Shown in pieces: positions 31,898 through 42,747 of a DNA stretch of 64,000 nt (its first letter is position 1; every line of letters starts with the position of its first letter). The stretch comes from an uncultured Pelagibacteraceae bacterium (lineage in GTDB: Bacteria > Pseudomonadota > Alphaproteobacteria > Pelagibacterales > Pelagibacteraceae), in the NCBI GenBank assembly GCA_902524945.1, contig CABZFF010000002.1, positions 79,811-143,810 of the forward strand. Direction: 5' to 3'. Made by a program: the position numbers and the translations under genes. The notes beneath the pieces were generated by a model, which had not been told where the DNA came from, made no database searches, and saw nothing but the letters and a program-made list of their open reading frames with translations.

Positions 31898-33555
31898 GTA
31901 AAGAGGAATTTCTTTTTTGTCCCTTAGGCGGATCAGGCGAGATAGGTGGAAACATGAATTTATACGCTTATGGAAATGAAGAGAGTCAAAAATGGATAAT
32001 CGTGGATATGGGCGTTTCATTTGCTGATGATTCGGTCCCAGGAGTAGATTTGATAATGCCAGATGCAGGATTTATAATTGATAAAAAAAATGATTTACTT
32101 GGTATTGTTTTAACACACGCTCATGAAGATCACATCGGAGCAGTTGCTCACATATGGCCAAATCTAAAATGCAAAATATACGCAACTCCATTTACTGCTG
32201 CTCTTATTCTTGAAAAATTTAAAGAAAAAAAAATAGATATTTCTTCTTATCTAGAAGTAGTTCCACTTAATAGTAAAATTAAACTGGGAGATTTTGAAAT
32301 CGATTTTGTAACTTTAACTCACTCCATTCTAGAGCCAAATGGTTTAAGTATTAAAACTCCACTTGGAACCGTCCTTCACACCGGCGATTGGAAAATTGAT
32401 CCGAACCCATTAATTGGAGGTCAAATAGATCAACAAAAATTAAAATCTATTGGGGACAACGGTGTGTCCGCAATGATTTGTGACTCCACAAATATTTTTA
32501 CCCCCGGCAGAGCAGGCTCAGAATCAGAGGTTAGAGACAGTTTACTTAGAATAATGGAAATCAAAACTAACAGAATTCTCGTTACGTCTTTTGCTTCAAA
32601 CGTGGCCAGAATGGAGTCTATTTTTTATTGTGCAAAAAAAACAGGGAGAAATATTTGTTTAGTTGGTAGATCTATGCAGAGAATTTATAAAGCTGCAAGA
32701 AAATGTGGTTATCTGAAAGGCCTTATAGATCCTTTGGAACCTAAGGATGCAAAAAAAATACCAAAAAATAAAATCTTATATTTAGCTACCGGCAGTCAAG
32801 GCGAACCGATGGGAGCAATGAATAGAATAATTAATAATGTCCATCCAGAAGTTCATCTAGACAGCGGGGATTGTGTAATTTTCTCATCTAAGATTATTCC
32901 CGGAAATGAAAAAAAACTTTATAATTTGCAAAATTTAATTGTAAAAAATAAAATGGAGATGATAAGTGAGGAAAATGCCTTCGTTCATGTTTCAGGACAC
33001 CCTAATAGAGACGATTTAAAAGATATGTATAAATGGGTAAAACCCCAATGTGTAATACCAGTTCATGGAGAGCACCGCCATATGGCCGAACATGTTTCCT
33101 TTGCAAAAGAAATGCAAGTTCCAAAATCATTATTGATTGAGAATGGGGATATAATTAAAATTTTACCAGGAAATAAACCAGAAATTATAGATAAAGCTCC
33201 GTCAGGAAAAGTTTATCTTGATGGAAGTATAAACGTTGAAACAGACTCTAAATCTATTAAAGACAGAAAAAACTTATCTGTAAACGGATATCTCGAAATT
33301 ACTTTAATAGTTTCAAATAATGGCAGTGTAAAAAAACCTGTAATTTCTTACAAAGGAATACCAGAAACTAATGAGGACAATGCTTTTATTTTTGATATGG
33401 AAGATGAAATAATGAATATTTGTCGAACTTTTTCGATGGATAACAAAAAACAACAACATAATCTAATTGAAACATTAAAACAAAATTGTAGAAGAATAAT
33501 TAAGGAAAAAACAGGAAAAAAACCTTTTACTAATATTAACATAGCTAGAATTTGA
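31894..33555 (+). CDS. rnj: Ribonuclease J
   Basis: PLGGSGEIGGN, THAHEDHIG, HTGDWK, HVSGH, PVHGE. Confidence 0.95.
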   Translation: MSKEEFLFCPLGGSGEIGGNMNLYAYGNEESQKWIIVDMGVSFADDSVPGVDLIMPDAGFIIDKKNDLLGIVLTHAHEDHIGAVAHIWPNLKCKIYATPFTAALILEKFKEKKIDISSYLEVVPLNSKIKLGDFEIDFVTLTHSILEPNGLSIKTPLGTVLHTGDWKIDPNPLIGGQIDQQKLKSIGDNGVSAMICDSTNIFTPGRAGSESEVRDSLLRIMEIKTNRILVTSFASNVARMESIFYCAKKTGRNICLVGRSMQRIYKAARKCGYLKGLIDPLEPKDAKKIPKNKILYLATGSQGEPMGAMNRIINNVHPEVHLDSGDCVIFSSKIIPGNEKKLYNLQNLIVKNKMEMISEENAFVHVSGHPNRDDLKDMYKWVKPQCVIPVHGEHRHMAEHVSFAKEMQVPKSLLIENGDIIKILPGNKPEIIDKAPSGKVYLDGSINVETDSKSIKDRKNLSVNGYLEITLIVSNNGSVKKPVISYKGIPETNEDNAFIFDMEDEIMNICRTFSMDNKKQQHNLIETLKQNCRRIIKEKTGKKPFTNINIARI

Positions 33556-33809
33556 TGGGTATAACAGGCTCCATAATCGTATATGTGATGATTTGGTGGA
33601 TAATTTTTTTTTCAGTTTTACCAATCGGAATACAATCTAATAAAGAAGTTTTTAAAGAAAAAATAGGTGGTATGGATCCAGGGGCTCCAAAAAATCCGAA
33701 AATTGCAAAAAAATTTTTGTTAACTACATTAATTACTACCATAATTTTTGCAGTTATATATTATCTTGTAAGTATTGATTTACTAAATTTAAGAGAATTT
33801 TTACAATAA
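33555..33809 (+). CDS. DUF1467 family membrane protein
   Basis: WWIIFFSVLPIG...GMDPGAP pattern; rnj-DUF1467-proS synteny of Alphaproteobacteria. Confidence 0.85.
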   Translation: MGITGSIIVYVMIWWIIFFSVLPIGIQSNKEVFKEKIGGMDPGAPKNPKIAKKFLLTTLITTIIFAVIYYLVSIDLLNLREFLQ

Positions 33810-35122
33810 TGTACCTTTCAAAATTATTCATTCCAATTACTAAAGACCTTCCTACAGAGGCTAAAATAAAATCTCACCAACTTATGTTAAGAACTGGGAT
33901 GATTAAACAATCTTCAGCTGGGATTTATTCCTGGCTCCCGCTAGGATTCAAAGTAATGAAAAAAATTGAACAGATTGTAAGAGAAGAGCAAAACTTTATA
34001 GGTGCTCAAGAAATGTTAATGCCAACTATACAGTCATCTGAAATATGGAAAGAGAGTGGTAGATATGATGATTATGGTGAAGAGATGCTAAGAATTAAAG
34101 ATCGTCAAGGGAGAGAGATGCTCTATGGACCAACAAATGAGGAGTTGATTACAGATATATTTAGGTCAAGCGTTAAATCTTATAAGTCACTCCCTCAATT
34201 ACTTTACCATATTCAATGGAAATTCAGGGATGAAATAAGACCCAGATTTGGTGTGATGAGATGCAAAGAGTTTTACATGAAAGACGCTTATTCTTTTGAC
34301 CTTTCAGATGATGAAGCAAAAAAATCTTATAATAAAATGTTTTTTTCTTACCTAAAAACTTTTCAAAGGCTAGGTTTGAAAGCTATACCAATGGCAGCAG
34401 ATACTGGGCCTATCGGAGGAGATCTTTCACACGAATTTGTAATATTAGCTGAAACTGGTGAAAGTCAAATTTATGCTGATAAAAATATATTTGAAATAGA
34501 TCTAAATAATTACAAGTTCAACGATCAATCACTCAAAAAAATGCGAGATGATTTTTCTCAAATTTATGCTGTAACAGATGATAAATACAAAGAAGAAGAA
34601 TTTAATGATAAAGTGAAAAAAGATAACCAAATGAAAACAAAGGGGATTGAAGTTGGACACATTTTTTATTTTAGTGACAAATATTCTAAACCAATGAATT
34701 GTTTAATTGACGATAAAGATGGAAAAAAAACCTCCGTTAAAATGGGCTCATATGGGATCGGCGTTTCAAGACTAGTAGGAGCTACTATTGAAGCAAATTA
34801 TAATAATGATGTAATGAAATGGCCTAAATCTATATCTCCATTTGATGCAGTAATCATACCGAGCATAAGTAAAAATAATAAAGAAAACTTAGAAAAAGCT
34901 GAAAAAATTTATAAGGAACTTCAAAAACAAAATATTGACGTATTGTTGGATGATGTTGACGAGAATATGTCGAATAAATTTAAAAAACATGATTTAATAG
35001 GCGTTCCGTATCAGATTATAATAGGCTCAAAGTCTGATGGGATCAATTTAGAATTCAAAGAATTAAACGATAAAAGCGAATTATTAAGTCTGGACAAAAT
35101 TAAATCAAAACTAAAAAATTAA
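33809..35122 (+). CDS. proS: Proline--tRNA ligase (short alphaproteobacterial type without editing domain)
   Basis: SHQLMLR, GPTNEE, FRDEIRPRFG, GIEVGHIF, MGSYGIGVSR. Confidence 0.97.
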   Translation: MYLSKLFIPITKDLPTEAKIKSHQLMLRTGMIKQSSAGIYSWLPLGFKVMKKIEQIVREEQNFIGAQEMLMPTIQSSEIWKESGRYDDYGEEMLRIKDRQGREMLYGPTNEELITDIFRSSVKSYKSLPQLLYHIQWKFRDEIRPRFGVMRCKEFYMKDAYSFDLSDDEAKKSYNKMFFSYLKTFQRLGLKAIPMAADTGPIGGDLSHEFVILAETGESQIYADKNIFEIDLNNYKFNDQSLKKMRDDFSQIYAVTDDKYKEEEFNDKVKKDNQMKTKGIEVGHIFYFSDKYSKPMNCLIDDKDGKKTSVKMGSYGIGVSRLVGATIEANYNNDVMKWPKSISPFDAVIIPSISKNNKENLEKAEKIYKELQKQNIDVLLDDVDENMSNKFKKHDLIGVPYQIIIGSKSDGINLEFKELNDKSELLSLDKIKSKLKN

Positions 35123-35126
35123 TAAA

Positions 35127-36359
35127 TTGTTTACAAAAGCAGAGAGAATCATTTCTTTAAGAAATTTGAGGCCTAAAAAGAAAGAGGGTTTTTTAAAAAT
35201 TATTTCAATATTTTCTTTTTTAGGAATCACTTTAGGTGTTTCAATTTTGATTATTGTAATGTCTGTTATGAATGGTTTTAAAACAGATTTAACTAAAAAA
35301 ATTTTAGGATTGAATCCGCATATTGTAATTCAGCCTAACAGTTTTAAAATAAATGATGAATTTATTAGTCAAATCAAAAACAATTTTGAAAAAATAAGTA
35401 TCAGCAAGTCATTTAAAGGCGAAGGAATTATTATAAGTAACAATAAAGCTAAAGGTATCATTTTAAAAGGAGTCGATAAAAACGAGAAAAATATCAAGGA
35501 ATTTTTTAATACTTTTATTTCTAGAGGTGACTTGAAAAATTTGAAATCCAACGAGTTGTTTATTGGTTCAGAACTTGCATTTAACTTAAACTTACAAATA
35601 GGAGATACGGTTAACCTAATGTCATCTGCTTTTATTTCTACTCCTCTGGGGAGTTTGCCTAAACAAGAAAATTTTAAAATTGCAGGAGTGTTTAATACCG
35701 GTTTTGTAGAATTTGATCAAAACATTATTTTTATGAATATAAAAGACGCACTATCAATTTTTAACAAAGAAATTAATGATCAAGATATTGAAGTTTATTT
35801 GGAAGATCCATTGAAAGCTAATATTTATAAAGAGAAAATTCAAAAAATTAACAAAAATTATTTTATTTATACTTGGTCTGATTTGAATAAATCATTATTC
35901 AGTGCTTTAAAAGTAGAAAGAAATGTAATGTTTATAATTCTTTCATTAATAGTGGTTGTGGCAGCATTTAATATAATTTCTGGACTCACAATACTTATAA
36001 AAAATAAGACAAAAGAAATTGCTATTTTAAAAACCTTGGGTTTGAGCAACAAGTCTATAAAAAAATCTTTCTTTTTGACAGGTTTGACCATTGGTTTTTT
36101 TGCAACAACGACGGGTGTAATTTTGGGAACTTTAATTTCTATAAATATTGAAAAAATAAGATTGTTTCTTTCTGCAGTCTTTAACTTTGAAATATTTCCA
36201 TCTGATATTTATTTTTTAGATAAATTACCAAGTGAAATAAATTTATTTTCAATTTCAATAATATTTACAATTTCTTTGATTATTTCAGCTATTGCCTCAT
36301 TTTTACCTGCTGCAAAAATTTCAAATATGAGCACTTTCAGAGCATTAAGATATGAGTAA
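35127..36359 (+). CDS. lolC: Lipoprotein-releasing ABC transporter permease (LolC/E)
   Basis: IVMSVMNGF, VAAFNIISGL, KTKEIAILKTLG, ALRYE. Confidence 0.93.
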   Translation: MFTKAERIISLRNLRPKKKEGFLKIISIFSFLGITLGVSILIIVMSVMNGFKTDLTKKILGLNPHIVIQPNSFKINDEFISQIKNNFEKISISKSFKGEGIIISNNKAKGIILKGVDKNEKNIKEFFNTFISRGDLKNLKSNELFIGSELAFNLNLQIGDTVNLMSSAFISTPLGSLPKQENFKIAGVFNTGFVEFDQNIIFMNIKDALSIFNKEINDQDIEVYLEDPLKANIYKEKIQKINKNYFIYTWSDLNKSLFSALKVERNVMFIILSLIVVVAAFNIISGLTILIKNKTKEIAILKTLGLSNKSIKKSFFLTGLTIGFFATTTGVILGTLISINIEKIRLFLSAVFNFEIFPSDIYFLDKLPSEINLFSISIIFTISLIISAIASFLPAAKISNMSTFRALRYE

Positions 36360-37038
36360 AATTTTATTAGAAATAACTAATCTTAAAAAAAGCTACGAAC
36401 ATATAAATGGCTCAATAACTGTTTTCAAAAATTTTAATTTAAAAGTAAAAAATGGTGAACTAGTTGCGTTGGTTGGACCATCAGGTTCGGGAAAATCTTC
36501 ATTACTTCATTTAATAGCTTTATTAGATGAACCTTCTAAAGGTAAAATAATTATCGATAACCACAAAATAGACGGGCTATCTAATGATCAAAAAGATGAG
36601 TTGAGGAGAAAAAATATTTCAATTATATTTCAAGATAACAATTTATTGTCGGATTTTACCGCCATTGAAAATGTAATGATGCCTCTAATAATTAAGGGAG
36701 AAAATAATAAAATTATCTTTGATAAAGCTAAACAAATTTTGAAAGATATCAGAATTTATGACAGGTCTAATCATTTTCCAAATGAACTGTCAGGCGGGGA
36801 GCAACAAAGAGTAGCAATCGCAAGAGCATTAATTGCAGAGACAAAATTAATTTTAGCTGACGAACCTACAGGAAATTTAGACTTCAATACCTCAAAAGAA
36901 ATTTTTTCACTTTTTTTAAAATTAAAAAAACTTGGTAAAACGGTTATATTTGCAACTCATAATAGAGAACTTGCTAACAGGGCTGATTACAAGTTGTTTA
37001 TTTCTAATGGTAATATAAAACGGGTTAATGCTCGTTAG
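36352..37038 (+). CDS. lolD: Lipoprotein-releasing ABC transporter ATP-binding protein
   Basis: GPSGSGKS, LSGGEQQRVAIARAL, ADEPTGNLD; follows lolC/E. Confidence 0.93.
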   Translation: MSKILLEITNLKKSYEHINGSITVFKNFNLKVKNGELVALVGPSGSGKSSLLHLIALLDEPSKGKIIIDNHKIDGLSNDQKDELRRKNISIIFQDNNLLSDFTAIENVMMPLIIKGENNKIIFDKAKQILKDIRIYDRSNHFPNELSGGEQQRVAIARALIAETKLILADEPTGNLDFNTSKEIFSLFLKLKKLGKTVIFATHNRELANRADYKLFISNGNIKRVNAR

Positions 37039-40000
37039 TAATAAAGAATTTAATCATATCAAAATCCATACACAATATTCTATCTGTGAAGGAGCAATAA
37101 AAATTGATGATTTGGCGGAATTTTCAAAATCTAATAAAATTAAATGTCTTGGTCTTGCCGATAGTTTAAATCTGTGTGGTGCATTAGAATTTTCAGAAAA
37201 GTTGTCTAAAGCAGGAACGTTCCCAATTATAGGAAGTCAAATTAACCTTAAAATGCATAATGTTATTGGAAAAATAACCTTGTATGCTAAGTCTGAAATT
37301 GGCTATAAAAACTTAACAAAATTATCATCTTTAAGTTATTTAGATGGTAGAGAAAATGAGGATCCTGCATGTAAAATCGAAGATTTAATTGCTAATAGTA
37401 GTGATCTTATACTTTTAACAGGAAGCCACAGAGATTTTTTTGGTAAATTATTTGAGGTTAATAAAATAAAAAATTTGTTGGATACGGCAAATACTCTAAA
37501 GAATTGCTTTAAGAATAGAATTTATTTTGAAATTCAGCGACATTATGAAAATGAGGAAAAAAATTATGAAAATTTTATTTTAAATTTATCAAAGTCTTTA
37601 GATATACCATTAATTGCTACACAAGAAGTTTTTTATATCAAAGAAGAAATGTACGAGGCTCATGATGCTTTGACATGTATTGGTAACAAAAATTTTGTCT
37701 ACGACCAGAGTAGATTTAAATATAGTAGCCATCATTATTTAAAAAACCATAATGATTTACTGGCTCTTTATGAGGATATCCCGGAAGCTTTAGAAAATAA
37801 TTTTAATTTTCATTTAAGATTTAATTTTAAACCAAAAAAATCAAAACCTATTTTACCATCTATTGCAAATGAGCAGAGCAGTTCCCCTGAAGATGAGCTT
37901 TCTAAATTAGCAAACGATGGATTAGAAGATAGATTCAAAAATTATATTTTTTACAATTCATCTGAAAAAGAACATGACATTAAAAACTTTTATAGAGATA
38001 GACTAAAGCATGAAATCAAAATTATAAATTCTATGGACTATGCAAGTTATTTTCTAATAGTTTCTGATTATATCAAATGGGCTAAGAAAAATTCTATTCC
38101 TGTGGGTCCTGGAAGAGGATCTGGCGCTGGTTCCCTTGTAGCGTATTGTTTGGATATTACGGATCTAGATCCAATTAAATATGATCTTATTTTTGAAAGA
38201 TTTTTGAATCCAGATCGTATTTCAATGCCTGACTTTGACATAGATTTTTGTGAGGAAAAGAGAGATAGAGTATTTGAATATTTGAAAACTAAATATAAAG
38301 ATGGAGTGGCTCACATAATAACCTTTGGTAAATTAAAAGCCAGAATGGCACTTAGAGATGTAGGTAGAGTACTTGGCTTACCTTATGGACATGTAGATAG
38401 ACTTTGCAAAATGGTTCCTTTTGATCCATCTAGACCATTATCATTAAAAGAGTCGATTGATAGAGAGCCAAGATTTAAAGAAGAAATAAAAAAGAACTCT
38501 AAAGTTGAAAAACTTTTAGAACTTTCGTTAAAATTAGAGGGTTTAAATAGAAACATGGCAACGCATGCTGCAGGAGTAGTAATAGCTGGAGATAAATTAG
38601 CTGAACAGTTTCCACTCTATGTGGATCATAATTCAAATTTAATTTTACCATCGACTCAGTTCGATATGTATTCATCAGAGAATGCAGGATTAGTAAAATT
38701 TGATTTACTTGGTTTAAAAACTTTAACTGTAATCGACAAAACTTTAAAGATGTTGAAAAATAAAAATATCGAATTAGATATTCATAAAATTGATCTTGAT
38801 GATAAAAAAGTTTTTTCTTTATTATCTACAGGTGAGACTACTGGTCTGTTCCAACTAGAAAGTGCTGGAATGAGGGAAGCTATAAAACAGATGCAACCAA
38901 ATAGGTTTGACGATATAATTGCGCTTGTAGCATTGTACCGCCCAGGACCTATGAGTAATATACCGATTTACAATGATTGTAAAAATAATTTAAAAGAACC
39001 GGACTATATTCATCCAACGTTAAAAGAGATTTTAAAACCCACATATGGAATTATTATTTATCAAGAACAAGTTATGCAAATTGCACAAACTCTAGCAGGG
39101 TTTACAGCAGGCGAGGCTGACATTTTAAGACGCGCAATGGGAAAGAAAAAAAAAGCAGAATTAGACAAACAAAAAGAGAGGTTTGTAAATGGAGCAATTA
39201 AAAATGGTATATCAAAAGATGTAGCTAATTTTGTTTTTACAAAAATAGAGCCATTTGCACAGTATGGTTTTAATAAAAGTCACGCTGCAGCATACGCTTT
39301 AATTGCCTATCAAACAGCTTTTTTGAAAACTTATCATAAAGAGGATTTTATAGCCGCCACAATGTCTACAGAATTAACAAATACTTCTAAATTGAGAGAG
39401 TTTGTTGAAGAATTAAAAAGACTTAAGGTTAATATTGTTAGGCCTTCAATAAATGAATGTTTTGCAGAATTTAAAGCAAAAAATGAAAAAATTTATTATG
39501 GATTAGGAGCAATTAAAAATGTGGGTCATGAAGCAATTTTTAATATTATTAGAGAGAGAGAAGAAAGAGGAAAATTTAATTCACTAGAAAATTTTATTAA
39601 TAGAATAGACTCTAAAGATGTTAATAAGTTACAATTGGAAGGGTTAACAAAAGCCGGAGTTTTTGATGAATTTGATAAGGATAGAGGAAAAATTTTTAAT
39701 TCGATACCAAAAATTTTACAAGAAATAAAAAATGTTAATGATAATAAAAAAAATAATCAAACAAGTCTCTTTGAAAGTGTTGGTAATTTAGATAATAAAT
39801 TTACCTTTCTGCCTTCAACTCCTTGGAAGCAAAAGGAACTTTTGACCGAAGAATTTAAATCATTAGGATTTTATATTTCAGATCACCCTTTAAATGAGTA
39901 CAAAGATATATTTAACCAACTAAAAATAATTTCTTACGAGGAATTTATTAATAATGACCTTAATGAAAGTTTGGTTGCTGGCACAATTATGTCTGTTAAT

Positions 40001-40441
40001 GAAAAGAAAAGTGCAAAAGGCACACCATATGCGATCATAAAATTTAGTGATAAGAAAGGTGAATTTGAATTGTTTTTATTTGCGGAATTATTAATAAATA
40101 ATAGAGATAAACTAATCGAGTCCGAGTCTTTTGTTTTGACACTTCAAAAGGATAAAACATCTAGTGACCTGACAAAAAAAAGAATTAATGTTAAAAAAAT
40201 TCTTAGTTTACAAGATGTCGTTAATAAACCTTACTCAAAAATTACTATTGAACTTAAAGAAAACTTTGATTTAGATGAAATTAAAAAAATTCTTTCACAA
40301 ACTGGAAGCACAAAAGTCGACTTAGTTTTCCATAGTCAAAATAAAAAAGCTAATTATTCATTGCAAAATAATCGTAAAATCGATTTAAGTCACATAAAAG
40401 CATTAAAAGCTAAGAAATATGTCACAAAAATAACAGTTTAG
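37028..40441 (+). CDS. dnaE: DNA polymerase III alpha subunit
   Basis: PHP domain, GPGRGSGAGS, PDFDIDF, FNKSHAAAY; no intein visible. Confidence 0.98.
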   Translation: MLVSNKEFNHIKIHTQYSICEGAIKIDDLAEFSKSNKIKCLGLADSLNLCGALEFSEKLSKAGTFPIIGSQINLKMHNVIGKITLYAKSEIGYKNLTKLSSLSYLDGRENEDPACKIEDLIANSSDLILLTGSHRDFFGKLFEVNKIKNLLDTANTLKNCFKNRIYFEIQRHYENEEKNYENFILNLSKSLDIPLIATQEVFYIKEEMYEAHDALTCIGNKNFVYDQSRFKYSSHHYLKNHNDLLALYEDIPEALENNFNFHLRFNFKPKKSKPILPSIANEQSSSPEDELSKLANDGLEDRFKNYIFYNSSEKEHDIKNFYRDRLKHEIKIINSMDYASYFLIVSDYIKWAKKNSIPVGPGRGSGAGSLVAYCLDITDLDPIKYDLIFERFLNPDRISMPDFDIDFCEEKRDRVFEYLKTKYKDGVAHIITFGKLKARMALRDVGRVLGLPYGHVDRLCKMVPFDPSRPLSLKESIDREPRFKEEIKKNSKVEKLLELSLKLEGLNRNMATHAAGVVIAGDKLAEQFPLYVDHNSNLILPSTQFDMYSSENAGLVKFDLLGLKTLTVIDKTLKMLKNKNIELDIHKIDLDDKKVFSLLSTGETTGLFQLESAGMREAIKQMQPNRFDDIIALVALYRPGPMSNIPIYNDCKNNLKEPDYIHPTLKEILKPTYGIIIYQEQVMQIAQTLAGFTAGEADILRRAMGKKKKAELDKQKERFVNGAIKNGISKDVANFVFTKIEPFAQYGFNKSHAAAYALIAYQTAFLKTYHKEDFIAATMSTELTNTSKLREFVEELKRLKVNIVRPSINECFAEFKAKNEKIYYGLGAIKNVGHEAIFNIIREREERGKFNSLENFINRIDSKDVNKLQLEGLTKAGVFDEFDKDRGKIFNSIPKILQEIKNVNDNKKNNQTSLFESVGNLDNKFTFLPSTPWKQKELLTEEFKSLGFYISDHPLNEYKDIFNQLKIISYEEFINNDLNESLVAGTIMSVNEKKSAKGTPYAIIKFSDKKGEFELFLFAELLINNRDKLIESESFVLTLQKDKTSSDLTKKRINVKKILSLQDVVNKPYSKITIELKENFDLDEIKKILSQTGSTKVDLVFHSQNKKANYSLQNNRKIDLSHIKALKAKKYVTKITV

Positions 40442-40485
40442 AGTATTGATTTTTTAGTGCGTTTGTATATATCAGTGAATGATTT

Positions 40486-40557
40486 CGCACACAGTTTCAA
40501 GGGCATTGCCCTACCGGTCCTTAAATGGAATTACTGTGGTGGATAAACCGGAAAACT
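40486..40557 (+). ncRNA. rpsB (ribosomal protein S2) leader RNA, autoregulatory pseudoknot
   Basis: Stem CACAGT (40490-95)/ACTGTG (40533-38), inner hairpin AGGGC/GCCCT, pseudoknot pair CCGGT (40514-18)/ACCGG (40547-51) just before the ATG; possible promoter TTGATT-N16-TATATC at 40446-40473. Confidence 0.75.
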
Positions 40558-41301
40558 ATGAACGTACCAAAAATAGATATTAAGCAATTATTAGAAGCAG
40601 GTGTGCACCTTGGGCATAAGACACTAAGGTGGAACCCAAAAATGAAAAAATATATTTTTGGTGAAAAAAACTCAATTCATATAATTGATTTAACACAAAC
40701 AGTTGATTATTTAAAAAATGCACTTGTTCAAGTACATAAAATAATTTCTGACGGAGGAAAACTTTTAGTTGTTTCTACAAAAAAACAAGCTTCAGAACAA
40801 GTAAGTGAGTTAGCAAAAGAAACAGGACAATATTACGTAAACTACCGATGGTTAGGTGGTATGCTTACAAATTGGAATACAATTCAAAATTCAATTAAAA
40901 GATTAAAAAAATTAGATGAACAACTAAACAAAGAAAATATTGGATTTACAAAAAAAGAAATTTTAAAATTTAGCAAGGAAAGAGAAAAACTTAAAAGATC
41001 ACTTGGAGGTATTGCAGAAATGAAAAAAACTCCTGATTTAATATTTATAATAGATACTAATATAGAGTCTTTAGCCGTTGCTGAAGCCAAAAAACTTGGT
41101 ATACCAATTGTAGCGGTTTTAGATACTAATTCCGATCCAACTGGGATAGATTTTCCTATTCCAGGGAATGATGATGCTCGAAGATCAATAAATCTTTATT
41201 GTGAATTACTAAAAAACACTATTAAGGATGCTGAAAAATTTATCAAAGGAACTGAAGAAAAAAAAGATAAAGAAAAAAAAATTGAGTCTAAAAATAAGTA
41301 G
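40558..41301 (+). CDS. rpsB: 30S ribosomal protein S2
   Basis: [31 protein letters not shown]; ATG 40558 chosen because 40525 lies inside the leader. Confidence 0.98.
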   Translation: MNVPKIDIKQLLEAGVHLGHKTLRWNPKMKKYIFGEKNSIHIIDLTQTVDYLKNALVQVHKIISDGGKLLVVSTKKQASEQVSELAKETGQYYVNYRWLGGMLTNWNTIQNSIKRLKKLDEQLNKENIGFTKKEILKFSKEREKLKRSLGGIAEMKKTPDLIFIIDTNIESLAVAEAKKLGIPIVAVLDTNSDPTGIDFPIPGNDDARRSINLYCELLKNTIKDAEKFIKGTEEKKDKEKKIESKNK

Positions 41302-41319
41302 TTCTCTAAATATTTCACA

Positions 41320-42186
41320 ATGTCAAATACAGACCTATTAGAAAATATAAAAAAGTTAAGAGAAATGACTGGAGTTGGCTTTAAAGATTGTAAAGCTGCA
41401 TTAGATGAAACAAATGGAGATTTAGAAAAATCAGTTGAATTTTTGAGAAAAAAAGGTATCGCAAAAGCGTCAAAAAAAATGAGTCGGACAGCCTCAGAGG
41501 GTCTTGTTTTAATTAAAGAAGAAAAAGGTATAATCTCAATTATTGAAGTAAATAGTGAAACTGATTTTGTTGCAAAAAATAAAGATTTTATAAATTTTTG
41601 TAAGGAATTATCTGAAATTAATTTTTCAACAAAAGGTAACTTAGATTTAGTTAAAGAAACCAAAATGGCTAACGGATATTTAGTAAAAGATAATTTAGTT
41701 AATTTAATTGCAAAAATAGGTGAAAAAATAATTATTAGAAGAAGTAATTACTTTGATAACTCTACAGGAATGAATTTTTTTTATGTTCATTCTAGTATTG
41801 AAAAAAATATTGGTAAAATAATTTCAGTAGTTAAAATAGATGGGATTTTAAAAGATAAAAATGAAGATATAGGAACAAAGATCGCAATGCATATTGCTGC
41901 ATCTAATCCCTTAGCTATTGAAAAAGAAGATATCGAAGAAGAGATAGTTAAAAAAGAACTTGAAATAATCAAAGCTGAAATAGAAAATTCAGGTAAACCA
42001 GCTGATATTGTAGAAAAAATCTCTAAAGGTAAGATAACAAAATTTTTAAATGACAATTCACTGTTAAACCAAGTTTGGATAATGGATCCTAAAAAAAAGG
42101 TAAAAGATATTCTAAAAGAAAATTCTGTAGGAAAAGAGATTCAGATCATAGATTTTGTTAAATATAAAGTTGGAGAAGGTATTTAA
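41320..42186 (+). CDS. tsf: Translation elongation factor Ts
   Basis: LREMTGVG...CKAAL, EVNSETDFVAKN. Confidence 0.98.
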   Translation: MSNTDLLENIKKLREMTGVGFKDCKAALDETNGDLEKSVEFLRKKGIAKASKKMSRTASEGLVLIKEEKGIISIIEVNSETDFVAKNKDFINFCKELSEINFSTKGNLDLVKETKMANGYLVKDNLVNLIAKIGEKIIIRRSNYFDNSTGMNFFYVHSSIEKNIGKIISVVKIDGILKDKNEDIGTKIAMHIAASNPLAIEKEDIEEEIVKKELEIIKAEIENSGKPADIVEKISKGKITKFLNDNSLLNQVWIMDPKKKVKDILKENSVGKEIQIIDFVKYKVGEGI

Positions 42187-42747
42187 ATGAGCAATGAGTT
42201 TAATGAAAAAAATTATTCTTCTAAAATGGAAAAAAGTATCCATTCTTTTAAAAAAGATATTTCAACATTAAGAACTGGAAGAGCAAACACTAACATGCTT
42301 GATACGATAAAAGTAGACGTATATGGTCAATTAATGCCAATAGACCAACTAAGCACTATAAGCGTGCCTGAAGCAAGATTAATTTCAATTCAAGTATGGG
42401 ATAAAGCGAACACAACATTAATAGAATCCGCAATTCAAAAATCAGAACTAGGAATAAACCCTCAAATAGACGGCCAAACAATAAGATTAAGAATTCCGGA
42501 TTTGACGGAGGAAAGAAGGAAAGATTTGATTAAGATATTAAAAAATATGGGTGAAAAAAGTAAAATTGCTATTAGAAATATTAGAAGAGAAGGTAATGAG
42601 GATCTTAAAAAAAAACTAAAAGATAAAATAATCTCAGAGGATCAAAATAAAAATTTTGAAAAGAATATTCAAAAAATCACTGACCTTAATATTGAAACAA
42701 TTGAGAAAATTTTGTCTGAGAAAGAAAAAGAGATTAGTCAAATATGA
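42187..42747 (+). CDS. frr: Ribosome recycling factor
   Basis: LRTGRAN, LTEERRKDL, IRNIRR. Confidence 0.98.
   Translation: MSNEFNEKNYSSKMEKSIHSFKKDISTLRTGRANTNMLDTIKVDVYGQLMPIDQLSTISVPEARLISIQVWDKANTTLIESAIQKSELGINPQIDGQTIRLRIPDLTEERRKDLIKILKNMGEKSKIAIRNIRREGNEDLKKKLKDKIISEDQNKNFEKNIQKITDLNIETIEKILSEKEKEISQI

Noticed and set aside
40525-40557. Extended N-terminus [11 protein letters not shown] of rpsB
   Set aside because: Lies within the S2 leader structure; homology starts at ATG 40558
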